Below are positions 1-17,012 of a stretch of DNA of 64,000 nucleotides, one piece after another. The position numbers were made by a program, and so were the translations under genes. The number at the start of each line of letters is the position of its first letter. Position 1 is the stretch's first letter. Origin of the DNA: the human T2T-CHM13v2.0 reference genome, Homo sapiens; assembly GCF_009914755.1 (NCBI RefSeq), contig NC_060925.1. One strand, written 5' to 3'. Below the pieces are notes generated by a model that searched no databases, was not told the DNA's origin, and saw only the letters and a program-made list of their open reading frames with translations.

Positions 1-1435
1 AGCTCTGTTGGACTTAATGTCTGTACTTTTAGATGGCGCTGTCAACTTGGACAGCATATATAACATCTAGAAATTTCGATTCTGTTATAATGGAAGTTAT
101 GGAATTGTCCATAGGGTTATTGTGGGGAGCAAATGAAATAATCCCCATAAAGCAGTGATTTTAAGACTTCTTAAAATGTTTACCTATAGTAAGAAATAAA
201 TTTTATATGGGACATATGTGTACATATAAACTATAAGTTTCACTGAAGAATTTTTATTCTACTAAATGTAATAAACTCTGCTTTCTATTCTGTTGCATTT
301 TCATAAGCCTCTAGGTCATGACTGTTTGCGACATTGAGAATACTAAGTTATGAAGCATGTGTTGTTCTGCATAATATGCCTACTATGTGTCAGTGCCTCC
401 TACTATGTGTTAAGCATACTAGGTGCTAGGCATGCAGTAAGGAACAAGACAAAGTTCCTATCCCCATGGAGCTTCTGGATTAGTTGGGGAGAAAGACAAA
501 AAAAAAAAATAATTATAGATTACTATGATAGAAAGTAAGGGTAAAGATCAGTGCTTACTAGACAAGCACTCATTAAATGTTAATTGTTATTTATACTTGT
601 TACTTAAAGCAAAGTGAAGGTTTTTCAATATTAGAAAGTTTATCTTCTCATGACTCTAGATTTTATAAGGGTTACTATGTATTGTTACATCTGTCAATTG
701 TGTTAACAAACTGTCGACATTCTCAGTATTCAAACTGCAGGAGTAAAAAAATCGGTTTTAATGAACACCTTCCTCAACCTACTGATGTTTCAAGAGCTGT
801 TAGATACAAAATAAGCACTTCTAACTTTTCATTTGGAAGCAAGAAAAATACTGTGCACAATGATATGAGTAATTGTAATTTTTAAGATTGGCAAAAATTT
901 TTTGTTTTCATTGAAAGTTTTTCCTGATGCTTCTCTTCCTTTGACCTTATTTTAAGTCTTTATATAATTGTCGGAGGCTGTTTAACATTAGGCATTTTGA
1001 CGCAGTAAAGGGGTTCATTTTAAATTAATGTTATAGTAATATGTTTAATACTAGTGGTACTGCTTTCAATAATTACAGAATGAAGGGTTTTCATTTAAGG
1101 ATAATACATTTTAAAATTAGTTTGAAGTAAAATTTAAATTTAGTGTGATAACAATATAAGGTAGTGGAAACATTTCACCAAGAGCAAATACGAAGGATAG
1201 AAAAAGTTAAACAACTTAAAAAAAAACGTATTCATAATTTTAACAGTGAATCAGGAAATGTAACCTGAAATGTTTATGGGTTTTTCAGGACATATCATTT
1301 ATTTAGTAGCACTTTTATTTTTGTATGTTAGCTTATATAACAGCTTCTGGAAGGAAACAAAACAGAATTAACTCTGAACTTAAGTACAGTCAGAAGTTCT
1401 TCACAAATATAAATTGCTATTTTTGAGTAGTATAA

Positions 1436-1727
<292 letters not shown>

Positions 1728-2127
1728 TGATAATTCCCTTTAAAGTAAAGTATTCTGTTCCTTAATAAACAATGCTGGAGTTATGTGGAAATTCCTTATT
1801 TTGAGTGTGCCTAATAATTTAAGAATTGTATTACTATGTAGTAAGATAAAATGCAGTTTAAAGTTCTATGTCTTATTTTGTTTTGGTTTTGTTGGTTTGT
1901 TTGGTTTTGTCTACCCACCATTACTTCCCCAAATGCCTTGCGTAGTTTATGATTAATGGAAGCCTAATAAACAGTCTTGGTCTTTCCTCACCGGTTTTTC
2001 CTCTAGCTTGTAAATAACTGCACATGTAGTCACTACTAATATCCCTTCATTGATATTCAGCCAGGAAGTGGCCGCATAAAAATGCAAAATGCTTTCCCTA
2101 TTTTCCGTGATCGTACTTCCATTTTAA

Positions 2128-2475
<348 letters not shown>

Positions 2476-2562
2476 TTAATGTTGGTACTATTATGGTATA
2501 TCAAAATTTGAAGTTCTAATGTGAAAACTGAGTCAGCATTTACTTTCTTGTTTTTAAAATGA

Positions 2563-2880
2563 GGTTGGGCGCGGTGGCTCACGCCTGTAATCCCAGCACT
2601 TTGGGAGGCCGAGGCGGGCAGATCACCTGACGTCTGGAGTTCGAGAACAGCCTGAGCAATATGGAGAAACCCTGTCTCTACTAAAAATACAAAATGAGCC
2701 AGGCGTGGTGGCAGGCGCGTGTAACCCCAGCTACTCGGGAGGCTGAGGCAGGAGAATTGCTTGAGCCTGGGAGGCGCAGGTTGCGGTGGGCGGAGGTTGC
2801 AGTGTGCTGAGATCGCGCCACTGCACTCCAGCCTGGGTAACAAGAGTGAAATCCTATCTCCAAAACAAACAAACAAAAAA
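2563..2880 (+). mobile_element. Alu (AluS-type) with short internal duplication in right arm
   Basis: Alu dimer containing ggcgcaggttgcggtg-ggcggaggttgcagtg. Confidence 0.92.
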
Positions 2881-4871
2881 AGATATTTTCCTCATTTCTT
2901 TAATTTTGGTACTATTATGGTATATCAATAATTTGAAGTTGTAATGTGAAAACTGAGTCAGCGTTTACTTTCTTGCTTTTAAAATGAGATCCTTGCCTCA
3001 TTTTGACCTTGATGATCTTGGAGCAGCTCCACATTCACCTTTCATCCATTCCCTTACACTTTTCAGTGGATTTGCTGTTTGACTTCTCTAAAGATATCTC
3101 TTGCTTTGGGTCGCCTATGCCCTTTTACAAGAAATTGGAGACATTTAATGATTCTTCTTCAAAACGAGAGTTCTGGCAGAAAAACCGGAAGGCTTTGTTG
3201 CCCCCACAGATCTGTTGTATTATTCCTACATAGTAAATGGTCTGAAAGTTTCCAGTGTGGTTAAAAGTGTATGTATCCTGGGTATCCTGGGAACCACAGA
3301 ATTTAATCTAGAACTGGAAGTGATTTGGGAGGTCTCTTGGCAGTAAGGTTAGGTGTTCATTTACTCTATGGGTAGTTATAATTCAACAACCACAGAATGG
3401 CCGAGAACTACATTTGTAAGTGGGCAAGATAGCACATGCCCCTTCTCTAAATTCAATACATCGTTGTATAAAGCCAAGAGGTATGAAATGAACTATTTCA
3501 TAGCCAAGAAAGGGTGAAAAAAGCCACAATTATAGGCAATCCAGGCTCTATTTTAAGTACTGCACACTTGAGTGTAAGGGGATATCAGAAAGGAGAAAAA
3601 TTGCTAGAAATGCAGTATTTTAGCCTTAATAACAGAATCATGTCTCATCTCTTGCTGCAGCGTTGGGAATAGATAACAATTTTATCAACAACACCTGTAT
3701 ACATGACTCACCTATTCACCTCATTCCTAGCCACCTTTGGTTGGGTGAGTATAAGGAAAAATGAAACAAACTTCTTGTATGACAGGAACTCATGATTTTC
3801 TATATACATTTTGCATTCTGGTTTTACCTTTTTCTGTCAACATTTTGGTGTTTCAGCCTTTAGATGAACTTATGGGAAGAGTGTGGTGGGGTCAGAGGAG
3901 AGAATGTGGAGCTGGGAGCCAGGTCACTGCACTTACTTTTGCTTTGCTGACAACCATCTGGGTAACCTTAGGCAAGTGAAACACACTGTTCTTGGATTCC
4001 CGTTTCCTCAACTGTAAAACGAAAAGTTTGGACTGGATGTGAGAATTATTGCCTTTAGGTGCCAAGCAAATGATCAAAAGGTATGATGGAGTCAGTGGAA
4101 GACATTAAGGGAAATGATGAGGCTTATGGCCAAATTGGGCAGTTTCTGCTTTTTCTAAAAACATTTCAATTTCTTCCTTGCTCCCTCCCTCTTTGCTTCC
4201 TTTTTTTTCTTCTCTCTTTTTCCCTCTTTTCCTCCCTCTTTTCTTCCAAGAAGGAAGCCAAGCAAAACACACCCAGAGCCTGATTCCCCTTTAGACACCA
4301 CTCTCTGACCCTTTGATCATTAATGTTCCTTCCATCAGCACTTGTTTGGACCAGATGAATGATTAAGGGCTATGTTTTTGTCTTATGGAAATGAGAGTAA
4401 GGAGTTGAACCAGGTACACAGAAAGTGAGAGGATGAATATGAGAAGAAAATATATAATCTCAGGGATGGGCCTTGTCTTTACGAATTGATGTAGTTCAAG
4501 AAAACCAAAGATAAGGTTGACTTTCTATGTTTTGCTTGTATATGATTAGCACATCTATCCAAATCCTGCAAAGTGGCTCACAATTGTAGAAGGGCTGTGT
4601 TAGTCTTACTAGCCAACAATTTGGTCAGTGTATTAGCCAGCAGTGATATCATCTGGCTGTCTTAAGAAAACATATGTGTAACTCAAATAAGTATTCCTGT
4701 TTTCTTATAAAACTTGTATTTCTTTTTTGCTTTTCTCAAATATTTTCTGGATTTTTAAATATTGTTTGCCATATGCACTATATAGGAATATACACACATA
4801 AACATGAGGGGTTTTTTGCTGATAAAATTCAAATTATACATATTCATCTTTTGTTTTATATATTCATGTGG

Positions 4872-5479
<608 letters not shown>

Positions 5480-6254
5480 TAGAACTTAAAAGTACAATCT
5501 CAATTTTTCTTTCCTACTACTGATGAGATAAAATTGGCAAAAGACAGGATTTAGCAACCAGAAAAGAAATGAGTGTTCTACAAGTAAATAGTCATCCCTG
5601 GAATAATCTAAATCAAAGGTATGTTTCAGTGTTAGGAGATTGTAGGGGTACTTTTTCATGTTCTTTGTCAGAAATAGGTATAGAGTAAGTTTTTTTCAAA
5701 CTATTGAGATACTGAGAGTAATAATATTCTCTCCTGGGATGTTTAAAGACTTATGGTCTGATCACATTGCCAGTTTGTGCTAAGATTTTCACCATTTTAC
5801 TTGATGATAACTCTTCTCAGAGTCCAAAAGTAGACAAGGTAGCTAGAAATGCCCTTGTGCACTGGCTGAAGCAATCCTGATGATGGCGGAACTTCATCAA
5901 AGCCCACTGGATACTTAAAGGGATGGCCTTAGGGCAAATATTGCTTTTAGGCCCTGAAACAAAATAAAGCTAAATATGAATCTGAGCTCTTGCTTCTGAT
6001 AGATATAACACCTATTCCTGACACCTGGATCAGATGTGTCCCATCATGGCACTGTCGGTCTCAGGCTGTGTCCTCCCCACCAGCACTCCTGTGGCAGAAT
6101 AGCTCACTGTCACGCTCATTTTCCATCAAGAGGCGGCAACACTTACAATGTAATGTGGTCAGAGTGATAGCAAGTCTCCCCTCAACACTGAAAACTCTTG
6201 TTTTATTGATCTCGTTTTATTGACTTGAAAACTGTCTTGTTTTATTGATTTTTT

Positions 6255-6402
6255 TTTATTGTCACAATTGGGGGTGGAGATGAGTGCTGCTGGCCTCTGG
6301 TAGGCAGAAGCCAGGGATGCTATTAAACTGGCACAACACAGCCCCTTCCAAAAGAGAATTATCAGGTCCAAACTGTCAATAGTGCTGAGGTTGAGAAATC
6401 AC
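6255..6402. mobile_element. MER20-like hAT-Charlie DNA transposon fragment
   Basis: ttgtcacaattggggg...gccagggatgctattaaac...tgtcaatagtgctgaggttgagaaa resembles MER20. Confidence 0.7.
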
Positions 6403-7311
6403 GATCTAGAAGTACAGGCTTTGCTTGTAGCCCTTGATCTGCAAGAATCCTACTTTACAGTAATTACAAGTAAGGATATACAGATTGTATTTGCTGGTGA
6501 TTTTACCTATGTTCTTTGCCAGCCTGGCTAGGTTTACTTCTTTTATCAGTGGAAAGTGACAGGTGCATCAGTCCTCTCCACTGATGCCAAAGAAATACCA
6601 GGTGTATCCCTTAGAATGCATATAGCCAATCTCCTGGATTTGCCAACACCCACATATCTTTAATGGTCTTCCAGACATTGCTTTCTTAAGATGTTTACAT
6701 TCTTTATCAGATTATCTTTTACTCCTGGCGCCAACCACTTTAGCATGTTTTCAGTTATTAGAGTCTTAGGATAGTATTTTCTTTGAGATTCAAACAAAAA
6801 AGTATTCTACATAGTACTTGTAATCTCTTTCACAATTGTAATTGCCTTTCACAAAGCCGACATTGTCTGATTTTTTGATTCTGCTGTTTATATCTTGGTA
6901 GTGTTACCTGTTGGTCCCCTAGTAAACAGTGACAGCAATCTTCTGAACCAGGCTGAGGCCCAGTCAAGTGTAGATAGACATGTATTTCTTATCTCACTGT
7001 GGTTTTATTTTTCTGCATGTCTGCCCTAATCAAAGCTTGTGCTGGGAGCTGCAGTGCATCTCATATCTCGGCCTGGGGAGGAATGGTTCATTGCATATTC
7101 TCTCAGAGACAGCTGGGCGCTTCGCAGGGAGTGGTCCCCCTCCCTGTCACCAGGGCAATTCTCTTTCACATCTCCCAGGACAGATGGAGAATGAAGAAAT
7201 TAATAATTCATAGTGTGTATTTAAGTGGTGATTCTTCCTAGACTGAGACATACTTGCATTTTGTTCAAAAACATCTTGATGAAGACAGGCCCAGTGGTGA
7301 CCTAAGAGTTA

Positions 7312-7685
<374 letters not shown>

Positions 7686-8542
7686 CTAGCAGCCATTAGC
7701 TCAGGTACCTTTTAAGTGCTCATTGTACTGATTGATGTTTGGATAGTGCATTAGCAGAAATATTATCTACTTGCACTTACGTTCATGTGATCTGTAGGAC
7801 TCAGGGGTCCTGTTTGTGTCTGTAGTCATAGTTAAGTTTATAGTCAGTTCCTGGTTGGTGCTGGGGAAAAGAAATCAGGATGCATTCATTGTGAAATACC
7901 CTTACTGTCCTCTCAGGAGAGAAGAGGAAATGAGTGTGTTCTCTCTCTTGGTTAGAAACAGATAAAGCTGTGTCCCATTAGCAGTTGGATAGGAAACGGT
8001 AACTGGAACCTTCTGTCTAATCTGGTTTCCTTAAATGTAAGGAGCAGATAACTGCATCTGGGGAGTAGTGCTCTTAATAAGGATTATGGGGGCTTCAGTT
8101 GCAATGGCTCCAGTTGAAGAGCCATGGGATTTCATCTGTCCTGAATCATCTGAGTGTTATTCTTCTTCACATTAACTGTGTTTATCTGTTATAGTATATA
8201 ATTATGCTGGTTTGTTATGTATTTGAAAAGCACTTAGCATGTTTTGAAATGTAGCGTTGAAATGACTTTAAAATGTCAACTCTGTAGTTTTAGTTTTAGG
8301 GCACAGTTCTTGCAAATTCCTGCTTTTCCTCTCTGACCCTAGTAACTCTGAAATCAGTAGTTGCAAACAAACAAACCCTAAAGCCTTGTGTGTCACTTTT
8401 CTTTGGGATAGTTGTTGAATTCAATAGCTCATTATTTCACGTAATATTATGTTCATAGTGCAATTTAACATGTAGTCTTTGAATGTTATAAATTCTAAAA
8501 GATTAAACAAGAACATTAGAAAAGGAATGAAAAGTGCTCTTA

Positions 8543-8960
<418 letters not shown>

Positions 8961-9059
8961 TTACTCAGACTAGGTATAAATAAATAATTATCCCTTGCCT
9001 TAGAGGTGAAGTCATTTGAAAGCTCCATGGAATACTTTTCTTCTTTAAAAACGCAACAA

Positions 9060-9328
9060 AAATTTTTTATTGTAAATTGACAATTTATAATTGTATAAAT
9101 TTATGGGTTACAAAGTGATGTCATAAATTGTGGATACAATGTGGAATAATTAAATAAAGCTAGTTAACATATCCAATACTTCCAATACATTTCTGTGATG
9201 AGAACATCAATTTTGAAATGTGTAATACTCCATTATTAAGTATATGCACCACACTGTACAATAGAACTCAAAAAAAGTATAAAACATATTCTTCCTGTCT
9301 GAGATTTTGTACCCTTTGACCATCACTG
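9060..9328 (-). mobile_element. Old L1 (L1MA/MB-type) 3' end fragment
   Basis: ttttattgtaaattgacaattt...tttatgggttacaaagtgatg...ctagttaacatatcc...ttttgtaccctttgaccatc resembles an antisense L1 3' UTR. Confidence 0.65.
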
Positions 9329-9329
9329 A

Positions 9330-9643
<314 letters not shown>

Positions 9644-9698
9644 CTAAAATTTTTATGAGACAAAATATCAATTTCAAAACAGCATCAAAAAGTGAGTA

Positions 9699-10288
9699 GG
9701 CCAGGCACGGTGGCTCATGCCTGCAATCCCAGCACTTTGGGAGGCCGAGGTGTATTTTTCTGTACTAAAAATACAAAAGTATTTGTCTCTATTATAAATA
9801 CAAAAAAAAAAAAAAAAAAAAGAAATTAGCTGGGCACTGTGGCACATGCCTGCAATCCCAGCCACTCAGGAGGCTGAGGAAGGAGAACCATCTGAACCCT
9901 GGAGGCAGAGCCACAGTGAGCTGAGACTGCACTACTTGCACTCCAGCCTGGGCAACAAGAGTGCAACTTCGTCTCAAAAAAAAAAAAAAAAAAAATGCTG
10001 GGCGCGGTGGCTCACGCTTGTAACCCCAGCACTTTGGGAGGCCGAGGCAGGCGGATCACAAAGTCAGGAGATCGAGACCATCCTCGCTAACACGGTGAAA
10101 CCCTGTCTGTACTAAAAGTACAAAAATTAGCTGCGCGTGGTGGCGTGTAACTGTAGTCCCAGTTTCTCGGGAGGCTGAGGCAGGAGAATGGCGTGAACCT
10201 GAGAGGCGGAGGTTGTAGTGAGTGAAGATCGCACCACTACACTGCAGCCTGGGCGACAGAGCGAGACTCCGTCTTAAAAAAAAAAAAA

Positions 10289-10289
<1 letters not shown>
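9699..10289 (+). mobile_element. Two tandem sense Alus (first with rearranged left arm, second AluY-like)
   Basis: Alu at 9699-9995 and Alu at 9997-10289, each with an A tail. Confidence 0.9.
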
Positions 10290-11200
<911 letters not shown>

Positions 11201-11892
11201 TTTTACCTGGAATACATTTTTATGTTAGTCAAACTGTCTCGTTCCTTTCTAATAGATTCAATAAAGATAAGTGTTTTATTCGTGGATTTAAGGGCATAAA
11301 TCTAAAGCTCCATGAACTGAATTGCTTATCATGTAACACTTTGATTTTCCTTTTCCATGACCAAATCGCTTTTCTATTCTATTTTCTAATACTAAGTTAT
11401 TGTAAAACTATCACAGTTTCATATATTCCCAAAACCAGGAATGCGTCTTATCTGAACTTCCTTAAACTCATGATGAGTCAGAGGAGGCCAGTTTTCATTA
11501 GTAATCAGCGCCAAATTCATTTCAAAGAAAGATCTGTGTGGACATAGGATTGGTATGGAGAAAAATATGGTGATAAATTAACTGTGTCTCTTGTATAGTT
11601 GAGTAATAGAATTTCATTGTCGAACCCTGACCTGAAATACATGTTTTCTTTTATCAAAGTAGAAAATGAGTTGCTGCAAGTAAAGAAACTGTATTAGATA
11701 TTGTATAACAGAGACTTTTTTTTTCTATTAAGTACTAACATTGCTTTTGTTTCTGTTCCAAACTTTGAAATCAGTGCACTTGGACAAAATGGAAACTGCT
11801 TTTCAAGGTCCTACAGAATATATGTTTATAAATGTATTTTTATACATGGTTGGTAATGAATCAGGTCTCTTTCGTGCCATTGCAGTTAGAGG

Positions 11893-12068
11893 GCCTCTGG
11901 TGCTGGAGTCCTCTGGAGGACTGGGCTGTCAGAGTGGGGCAGCGGGGTGCAGCGCGGGGAGGGCTTTTCTCTTTCTTCGTGCCTCTGGTGCTGGAGTCCT
12001 CTGGAGGACTGGGCTGTCAGAGTGGGGCAGCGGGGTGCAGTGCGGGGAGGGCTTTTCTCTTTCTTCAT
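11893..12068. repeat. 88-bp tandem duplication (2 copies)
   Basis: Units start at 11893 and 11981 and differ at 2 positions, both CpG-type transitions. Confidence 0.95.
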
Positions 12069-12455
12069 GGGGTCTCAGGGCCTCTCTCTTCCTCTCCACG
12101 TATGCTCTTCACAGGTCTCTCCAGCAGGGTAGTCAGATATCTTACATAGCGGCTTAGGGCTCCCAAAAGCAAACATTCCAAGAGGAAGCAGAAGCTGCCA
12201 GTCCTTTTAAAGATGAGGCTTGGGTGTGACATGGTATAACTTTTATTGCATTCTATTGGTTAATGCAGATTACAGGCCCAGTCAGTTTCAGATTAGAAGA
12301 GAACAAGGGAATGAGGCTGGGTTCCTTGGAGGCTATTTTTTTTTTTTTTTTTTTCTGAAACAGTCTCGCTCTCTTGCCAGGCTGGAGTGCAGTGGTGCGA
12401 TCTCGGCTCGCTGCAACCCCTTGGAGGCTATTTTTAGAGATGAACTATCACAGTA
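12069..12455. mobile_element. MLT1-like MaLR LTR fragment containing a 5'-truncated antisense Alu (~12336-12418)
   Basis: MLT1-like motifs ctctccagcagggtagtcaga...gaagctgccagtcc...cattctattggt. The short Alu piece is flanked by TSD ccttggaggcta (12324-12335, 12419-12430). Confidence 0.65.
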
Positions 12456-13137
12456 ATATACCTTAAAATACTTCATTTTAGACAGTTTTTGTGTGTTCTA
12501 GGGGTGGTCAGTTGCACTAACCAAGAATCTATGAGGTGTGGTTGGCCAGCAGTATATAGAAAGAGCTGTACCGCCGGGGCTGCCACTATAAGCACTTCAG
12601 CTATGCAAATTTTGATCAAAACTAGGCCAGACATGTGGATGTCTCTTGGTGGGGGAGGGATTTCCTGTCCCCAGGGACAATGAGGCTTCCCTAGGTTGGA
12701 ACTGGGTGTGACGCAGTCCCTTTTGCTGGCTCTTCCCACCTCCCCACTGCTCCTTTCGTCCCCCTCTGTCTCCAAGTTGGTAAAGGAGTCAGGCATGGTG
12801 GGAAGGAGAGCACTTCCCTTAGCAAGTTATTGTTTAATGGGAGCTGGTGGGAAGAGTTCTGTCATTTAATCCTTGCCGGTGGTGCTATATGTAGTGAAAT
12901 CAACTGCTACAGTGGTAGGGGCCTTAGAGATCATCAAGTCCTACCTCTAAACCATGAAGTTAATCTTCTCTCACCATCTTTGGCACATCCCTCAGCAAGC
13001 TAGAAACAGAACTCTGCGTTTTTTCCATAAAGTACGAGAAATAATGATTTCACCTTTAAAAACTGCCTTCCTGAGTAAGTGTCCGTTTGGTCAACCAGAC
13101 TCCATGGGTCCTAACTTTCGTCAGGTTGTTCTTGCAG

Positions 13138-13290
13138 AACATGCCAGCAGAAGCATTCACCAACTGACATGTGCCCTGAAAGAAGGCGATGTCACTATTG
13201 GAGAAGATGCACCAAATCTTTCTTTTAGCACCAGTGTGGGAAATGAGGACGCCAGGACAGCCTGGCCCGAATTACAACAGAGCCATGCTG
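13138..13290 (+). CDS. SDCCAG8: SDCCAG8 coding exon 2 (153 nt)
   Basis: Acceptor ttcttgcAG|, donor G|GTGAGT. Encodes (E)HASRSIHQLTCALKEGDVTIGEDAPNLSFSTSVGNEDARTAWPELQQSHA, recognised as the SDCCAG8 N-terminal region. Phase joins exon 3. Confidence 0.97.
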
Positions 13291-14010
13291 GTGAGTGTGA
13301 ATGTCAATCCTAGTCTGAATGATGCATAGTGAATTTTTTAAACTCCGTAGAATAATAACTCCATTCATTCTTCATTCTGCTGCTATGATGTTATTCCTCA
13401 AACACAAATCAGATAATTTAATTCCCTCGCTTAATCTTGTTTTCCTTTGACTTCCCAATGCTTATAGGCTAAAGTCCAAAATTCTTAGTTATAAAATAAC
13501 AGTGTTTTCCTAAGATAGCTCTAACCTGCCTCTTCGGCTCATCTTTGTGTACTTCTCATGCTAATCATCCATCTCACAACTCATATTCTAGTTATAATAA
13601 CCTCCTCTCTATGCTTTTATGCTTTGACATGTGCAGTGACTTCTAACTGGAATTTTTCTTATCCTTTTCTGCTTGGTGAACTCCTTCCTGTTTATCCTTG
13701 CAGTGTTATCTCCTCTGTGAAAACAAGCACAATTAGCTTCTTCCTCTTCTTGTAGCACTGTGCATAGCTTTAGGTCTACATACAAACTTATTTTATATCT
13801 ATTAGTGTCTCTCTCTTCCTTGCTAGATTCTTAGCTCTTAAGGGGTAGAAATTCTTTTTTTTTTTTTATGTTGGTCTTGTATCCCCAGTTGATAGCAGAA
13901 TTCTTGATGCATAATATATCAGCAATTTTTATTAGTTGGAAGGATGGATGGGTGGTAAGAAACCATGGATCTCAAATAAGGTTAATAAACCCTCTGCTTT
14001 TGCTCTATAG

Positions 14011-14096
14011 TTAATCAGCTCAAAGATTTGTTGCGCCAACAAGCAGATAAGGAAAGTGAAGTATCTCCGTCAAGAAGAAGAAAAATGTCCCCCTTG
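14011..14096 (+). CDS. SDCCAG8: SDCCAG8 coding exon 3 (86 nt)
   Basis: Acceptor tttgctctatAG|, donor TTG|GTAAGT. Encodes (V)NQLKDLLRQQADKESEVSPSRRRKMSPL. Confidence 0.97.
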
Positions 14097-14582
14097 GTAA
14101 GTATCAACTTTTCCAAGTTGACAAAGCATTCCTGTGTTTTACTGTATTGTGTTATTTTGTAGTACATGTTGCAGAAAAAATTTAAGCATGGCATACTAAT
14201 AGTGAAAAACATTAAAAGTAATTCTCTTCCCTCTGATTATTTTGGCTGAAAAAATAGATTTCCATGGCAGAGGGAATCTTGATTTTTTTAATTTATTATT
14301 CACTTGGAAAATGGGAGCAAGGGAATAGTTTGGAGAATTTATTTTGCAACTGTTAGCAAAATATGTAATATAAATATATAATATATAATAAATTAATATA
14401 ATAAATTATATGTCAGAATATATGTAAAAGATAAAGTCATTATTTTAGTAATTTCTTTTTTAGAGGGTCATATCTATTATTGATCATTTTTAGAAGTTAC
14501 TTAATTATAATTGTAGCCCTACTTTGTAATATTTTTTAAATTTTGAGTGTCAAAATAATACATTTTATTTTTAATTAATTAA

Positions 14583-14882
<300 letters not shown>

Positions 14883-17012
14883 TAATACGTTTTAATATGT
14901 AATGTTCTATATGTTAAAATATATGGTTATAAAATAGTATGATATATAAGAAGTGGTGCTGTATTTCTTCTGAAGTTGTTTGTTATTGCTTTGACAGAGT
15001 GTATTATTTCTGATTAAAGCATTTTATATGCTAAAGGCTGAGATAGATGTGAGTGAAAGCACTCTGGACCAGATTTAAGTGGACAAAATAATAGTCAAGG
15101 GCTTAGTTCTATCTAGGGTCTATCACATACTCTCTAAGATATTGTGCCTGTCTCACAGAGTTTTTGGAATAATGAGATAAGATTACATACTTAAAATTCT
15201 TTAGAAACCTATGAAGTGTTACATAAACATAACATGCATAGCAGCAAGTAACCACCTCACATTTTCAATGTGTTTTCTAGTTCAATACAATGCCTGTATG
15301 CTGAAAAGTGTGGAGACATGTCACTTTCTTTTCTTCACCACTGAAATATCAGAGTATCACTCCCATACGAACACTCCATTCCAGGCTGACACATACTTTT
15401 AAGCTTAATTCCTACTTTAGAGAAATGTACTTCATATGCATATTCTAAATTTATAGATACAGATTTTATAATTTTAGTAAAACATCTCATCATTTAATGA
15501 ATTTATTACTATTGACATCTGGTTTCTAGCTTGCTCTTAAGCACAGACTGGTGGAATGCTTTTAAATCTACTAGATGAAGTTGCTTTATCTGTTGAATGC
15601 TCAGACATGCTTATTTGCCTTTTAAAGTCTGAGCAGTGATATTATGGAGCTTACTGAATCCAGACAGGCAGGAAGACCTTCACTAAGAGAATCAGTTTAG
15701 TACATACAGAGTGCACTTTAAAATACACAAGTCTATTTATATGGAGCTATGTAAAAGAATGGAACTTAGACTCTATATGTATACAGCCTACATGTAATAA
15801 TTATAAACCATAATAGTAATAATTAGCTTTTTAAGATTATACCTTTAGAATGCACTTTCATAGCCAGTATAACATATTAGAAATACATGCATATATTGAG
15901 AGTAAAACTGAGGCACTGTTGAGATGGAAAAAAAGTTATTACTTATTGTCTTAAAATGTAGATATCTAAACTAAAGCCCTTCAAAGTAGACACAAATGAT
16001 TTCATGTGAACATTTTTCATACAATATTGGCTTGAGCTTTTTATTTTTCACATTGACTTCCTCCTGTATACTCATAGTAGTAATTTATATTTGCCTATCT
16101 TCTGAACCTATTGCTATTAATGGAGGATGATTATAATTGTTTGATTTCTACTCAGGACAGATAATTCATTTAATTAGAGTTACTTTGGTTTTTAAATTTC
16201 TTAAATATACCAAAAAACCAAAGCTCTATTTTATTTTATTCTGCCATGATAGCTGGTACTTGATTATCATTTAAAATGTCTGCTGTGCTGAGAAAGAGAG
16301 TGGCTGAGAAACAGACACTGTGCCTCATTTCAAGCTTTCCTCTGGCTTTGTTTAACTGGTTGACCCTTGTTTTACCTTTTCCTGATTTCCTCATCCTTTA
16401 AAAAAAAAATTATGTGATGGGTATATGATTTTACAAACTATTTTAGGATAAGGTAAGCTATACATTAACAGTCAGTTCCAGGAATGCTACAGAGCTAAAA
16501 TAGCATTAGTGTTTTTTTGAAATCTCTTCGTTGGACCCCTCAATGCAGTGTGTCTCTACTTTAGGGTTCTACTCTTGGAGGTTCTATGCTCCAGAACACC
16601 ATACACTTGAATTGCCTTCAATACTAGAGCCAAAAATCAAAAACTACATTTTGCTAATGTATCTTTTTTGAGATGGAATTTCATCGCATTGACACTGGCT
16701 TGGCATCAAACGCTTCCTAAAGAATCTCTCCTTCACGGAGCTGCTGCAGTTTTAGCTAGCAAATCCTCTTCCATGGCAGTTTCTTGGAGAGAGTTGTCCC
16801 TTGTATCTCAGCATTACTGAATGGAATGTTGTTTTTCCAATTTGTTAAAATAGTTTATTCCAAGCCAGTTATACTACTGCTACCCCAGCATTTTTCCATT
16901 CACTATATGTGCTTTTTATAACCACTTTCACCATCCATCTTTAAAAAAAATGATATTCACATCCATGAATCTTGTGTATTTGTGGAATTTATAGGATAGA
17001 GAAGCAAGTATT

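Noticed and set aside
26-42. TAGATGGCGC YY1/CTCF half-site near the window start
   Set aside because: Partial match only, and the true promoter and exon 1 are outside the window.
11741-12157. Overlapping 105-138 aa ORFs with an internal repeat
   Set aside because: Explained by the GC-rich 88-bp tandem duplication, which depletes stop codons.
12954-13313. 119-aa ORF as a standalone gene
   Set aside because: Only 13138-13290 is exon 2. The flanks are intronic read-through.
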